Positions 60,908 to 64,000 of a stretch of 64,000 bases of DNA are shown piece by piece; positions within the stretch are counted from its first letter, which is position 1; each line of letters opens with the position of its first letter. Where the stretch lies: NCBI GenBank assembly GCA_951406725.2, contig OX597829.1:54188001-54252000 (forward strand), written 5' to 3'. The notes under the pieces were generated by a model, which ran no database searches, was not told where the DNA came from, and saw only the letters and a program-made list of their open reading frames with translations. Position numbers and translations under genes: made by a program. This DNA is from Octopus vulgaris (lineage: Eukaryota).

Positions 60908-62195
60908 TGACACCAGCACAGGGTGCTTTTTATGTAAAACCAGAACAGTATGTTTTTTGTGTTGAACCAGGGCAGGATATTTTTTACGTGGCACCAGCTC
61001 AGAGCGCTTGTTATGTGACAGCTAGACAGGGTACTATTTATCTGACACCAGCACAACGTGTATTTTTACATGACATCCAGCACAGGGTGCTTTTTATGTG
61101 ACACCAAGGGAGGGTGCTTTTCATGTAGCATGATAAGAGAATGCTTTCTATGTGGGACCATCACAAGGTACTTTTTATGTGACACTAGGACTATGCTTTT
61201 TATCAGATGGTGTGCTTTTTATGTGGCATCAGCATGGTGTTTCTCATTTGATACCTGCACAGAGTGCTTTTTACATGATACCAGAATATGGTGCCTTTTA
61301 TCTGAAACCAGATCAGGGGGATTTTTATTTGGGACCAGGATAAGGTACTTTTTATGTGACAGCAGGACAGGGTGCTTTCTATGTTGCACCAGCACAGGGT
61401 GCTTCTCATGTGGTACTGACACAGGATGCTTTTTACATGGCATCAGGATGGTGCTTTTTTTCATGGCACTAACATGGGTGCTTTTCATATGACACCAGGG
61501 TAAGGTGCTTTTTATGTTAAACCAGCTCAGAGTGCTTTTTATGTGGCCCTAGGACAGGGTATTTTTTCATGTGGAACCAAGACAGGATACTTTTTATGTG
61601 ACACCAGGACAGGGTGCTCTTTATGTGGAACTTGAATGGATGTTTTTTTATGTAGCACCAGAACTGGTTGCTTTTTATGTGGTACCAGGATAGGGTGCTT
61701 TTTATGTGACATCAGCACTGTTTTTTGCGTGACACCAGCACAAGATGCTTGGCATCAGCACAAGGTGCTTTTTACATGGCACTAGCATGGGTGCATCTTA
61801 TGTGACAGCAGCAAAGGGTGCATTTTATGTGGGCCCAGGACAGGGTGCTTTGTACATAGAACCAGCACAAGGTGCTTTTTATGTAGCACTATGACAAAAT
61901 GTTTTTTACATGGCACCAGCAAGGGTGCTTTTTATGTGGCACCAGGACAGCATCCTCTTTTTATGTTGCATTAGGACAGGGTGTTCTTTACGTGACACCA
62001 GGACAAGGTGCTTTTTATGTAGCACCAAGACAAGGTGCGACATGGTGCCAGGACAGGGTGCTTTTTACATGACATCAAGACAGGGTACTTTCTCTTGTGA
62101 CAGCAGCTCAAGGTGCTTTTTATGTGACACCAGCGTAGATGTGTTTGTTTTCTGTGTGCTAACAACACAGGTGTTTTTTTACATGGCATCAGTGC
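60908..62195. repeat. Degenerate minisatellite, ~26-27-bp unit gtggcaccaggacagggtgctttttat, roughly 45-50 copies
   Basis: Visible tandem periodicity; unit matches the RTE 3' UTR subrepeat. Confidence 0.9.
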
Positions 62196-62689
62196 CCATG
62201 TGTTTGCAAGATAAGGATCCCTCAGCTAAGAGAGGGAGTGGAACCAAGAGATTAGAATATAATAGAAGGACAGAGGTGTCCCTCTTGCCATTGAGGAGAT
62301 ACTTGGCTACCTCAGTGGGACAAGGAAGGATAAGAAGGTGGGAGAGAGATAGAGAGACAATTGAAGTGTGAGAGAGAGAGAGGGCCTGCCTACAGAGGAC
62401 AATGGGTGTAGTTCTATAGGAGTGTGATGGGAGATGTTTAGAGATAGCAGAGAGAGCTAGCAATGTTAAGAGGGATTGGAGTGGCTGTAGAGATAGCAAG
62501 TGATGGTGAGAGGAATTAAATGTGGCTGGGAGTGGATATGGTAGGATACTTTTTATGTGGGCATGGAATGTGTGCGGAGAGCACATGGGGGAGAATAGTG
62601 GATAGCACGGCTGTGGGGAAGATGGGTTGTGAGAGAGTTTAATAGAGGATAAATTTGTATGTGACCATAAAGGATATGCTTATATGTGT

Positions 62690-64000
62690 GGATGGCCATG
62701 ATTTTTCTTAGCTTCACATGTATCCTTAAGCACAGCAAACCGCCAGAAGTCTTGGTCCCTTGTCTCTTCAGTGAGGCTTAACATGTGAAGATTATTACTC
62801 GTCGCTTTGTCCCATGTCTTCTTGGGTTTACCCCTTTCACAGGTTCCCTCAACAATTAGAGATTGGCACTTCTTTATGCAGCTGTCCTCATCCATACACA
62901 TCCCATGACCAGTCTTCTCTCTTGCACACAACATCTGATGCCTCTTATACCCAATTTTCCCTTTAAATTATTTACACTCTGCATTACATGCACACTGGTA
63001 TTACCCGTCCAGTAGAGCATATTGGCTTTATTTCTTTTCACATATCTTCAGTAGTTACAGCCCATGTCTCACTGCCATGTAGCATTACTGTACATAACCA
63101 GGCATCATACAATCTGTCTTTCAATCTGAGGTAGAGGCTCTTTGTTACCAACAAATGTAGCAGCTCTCTGAACTTTGCCCAGCCTGTTCTTATTCTATCA
63201 ACTATGCTTTCAGAACTTCCTCCTCCACTGCTGACTTGGTCACCTACGTAATGGCAGCTAACTACTACTTCTAATGTGGAGGCACAATGGCCCAGTGATT
63301 AGGGCAGCAGACTCATGGTCATAGGATCGCGGTTTTGATTCCCAGACCAGGCATTGTGAATGTTTATTGAGCAAAAACACCTAAAGCTCCGTGAGGCTCC
63401 GGCAGGGGGTGGTGGTGAACCTTGCTGTATTCTTTTACCACAACTTTCTCTCACTCTTTCTTCCTGTTTCTATTGTACCTGTATTTCAAAGGGCCAGCCT
63501 TGTCACATTCTGTGTCATGTTGAATCGCCCTGAGAACTTTGTTAAGGGTACACATGACTGTGGAGTTCTCAGCCACTTGCACGTTAATTTTACGAGCAAG
63601 CTGTTCTGTTGATTGGATCAACTGAAACCTTCATCATCATAACCGACGGAGTGCCACTACTTTTAAGGATTCTCCTGGAATTTAAGGAAATTATTTCTCT
63701 GTACATTCATACAGTTTATTGTACCTGCACATCTGCCACACACAAAAACTTCTTTCTTTGTTAATCTTGCTCTGATACCACAGCAGAAGAAGGCCAACTC
63801 TCTTCCTAATTAATTGAACTCTGTAATTTTCATGTTCTGGTCCACCAACTTGATACCTCTGCATTTATTTCTGTCTAAGGCATCACTTTTACCTTGACTA
63901 TGGTATTGCTACATCAGTTATTGGGTATGACTCCCTCCTGTACAACCTGATTAACTATCCAGGTGACTTAACCATATCTCACTCTGTCAGATATTTTAAG
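62690..64000 (-). mobile_element. Degraded RTE LINE with a nested tRNA-derived SINE (63277-63660, +)
   Basis: MDEDSCIKKCQSLIVEGTCERGKPKKTWD; 63840-64000 is homologous to 460-620. Confidence 0.8.

Noticed and set aside
60908-62195. CRISPR-like periodic array
   Set aside because: Units are contiguous and degenerate with no unique spacers; no cas genes; eukaryotic context; unit derives from the RTE 3' UTR
47333-64000. PGAM5 exon 2
   Set aside because: No REP... or RHGQY-encoding exon found by eye; presumed beyond the window

Overview
Eukaryotic, AT-rich, repeat-dense genomic DNA. The repeat complement suggests a cephalopod (Octopus-like), which is an inference. The ORF track misses the real genes because they are spliced. 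(1) 1427-27467 (+) holds the last 20 coding exons of a clustered-mitochondria/clueless (CLUH) orthologue: all introns GT-AG, phases consistent, ~729 codons. (2) 47157-47332 (+) is the first coding exon of PGAM5, ending in WDYNWDR; no further exon was found in the remaining 16.7 kb. (3) ~34508-35137 (-) is an intronless, disabled copy of the SPAG17 N-terminus. The rest is mostly transposon debris: RTE and CR1 LINEs, tRNA-derived SINEs, mariner, DD37D-like and Tigger elements, a Gypsy remnant, a Penelope-like remnant, Helitrons, and piggyBac-like and Merlin-like MITEs. The most interesting signals are: several unrelated short elements carrying minimal hammerhead-ribozyme motifs in Penelope-style palindromes, one of them with a tRNA-like head; a Tigger carrying an inverted copy of its own transposase sequence; the SPAG17 5' retrocopy; inverted SINEs bracketing a frame-preserving block of three CLUH exons; and a minisatellite expanded from an RTE 3' UTR. 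Repeat boundaries are approximate unless termini or TSDs are quoted.
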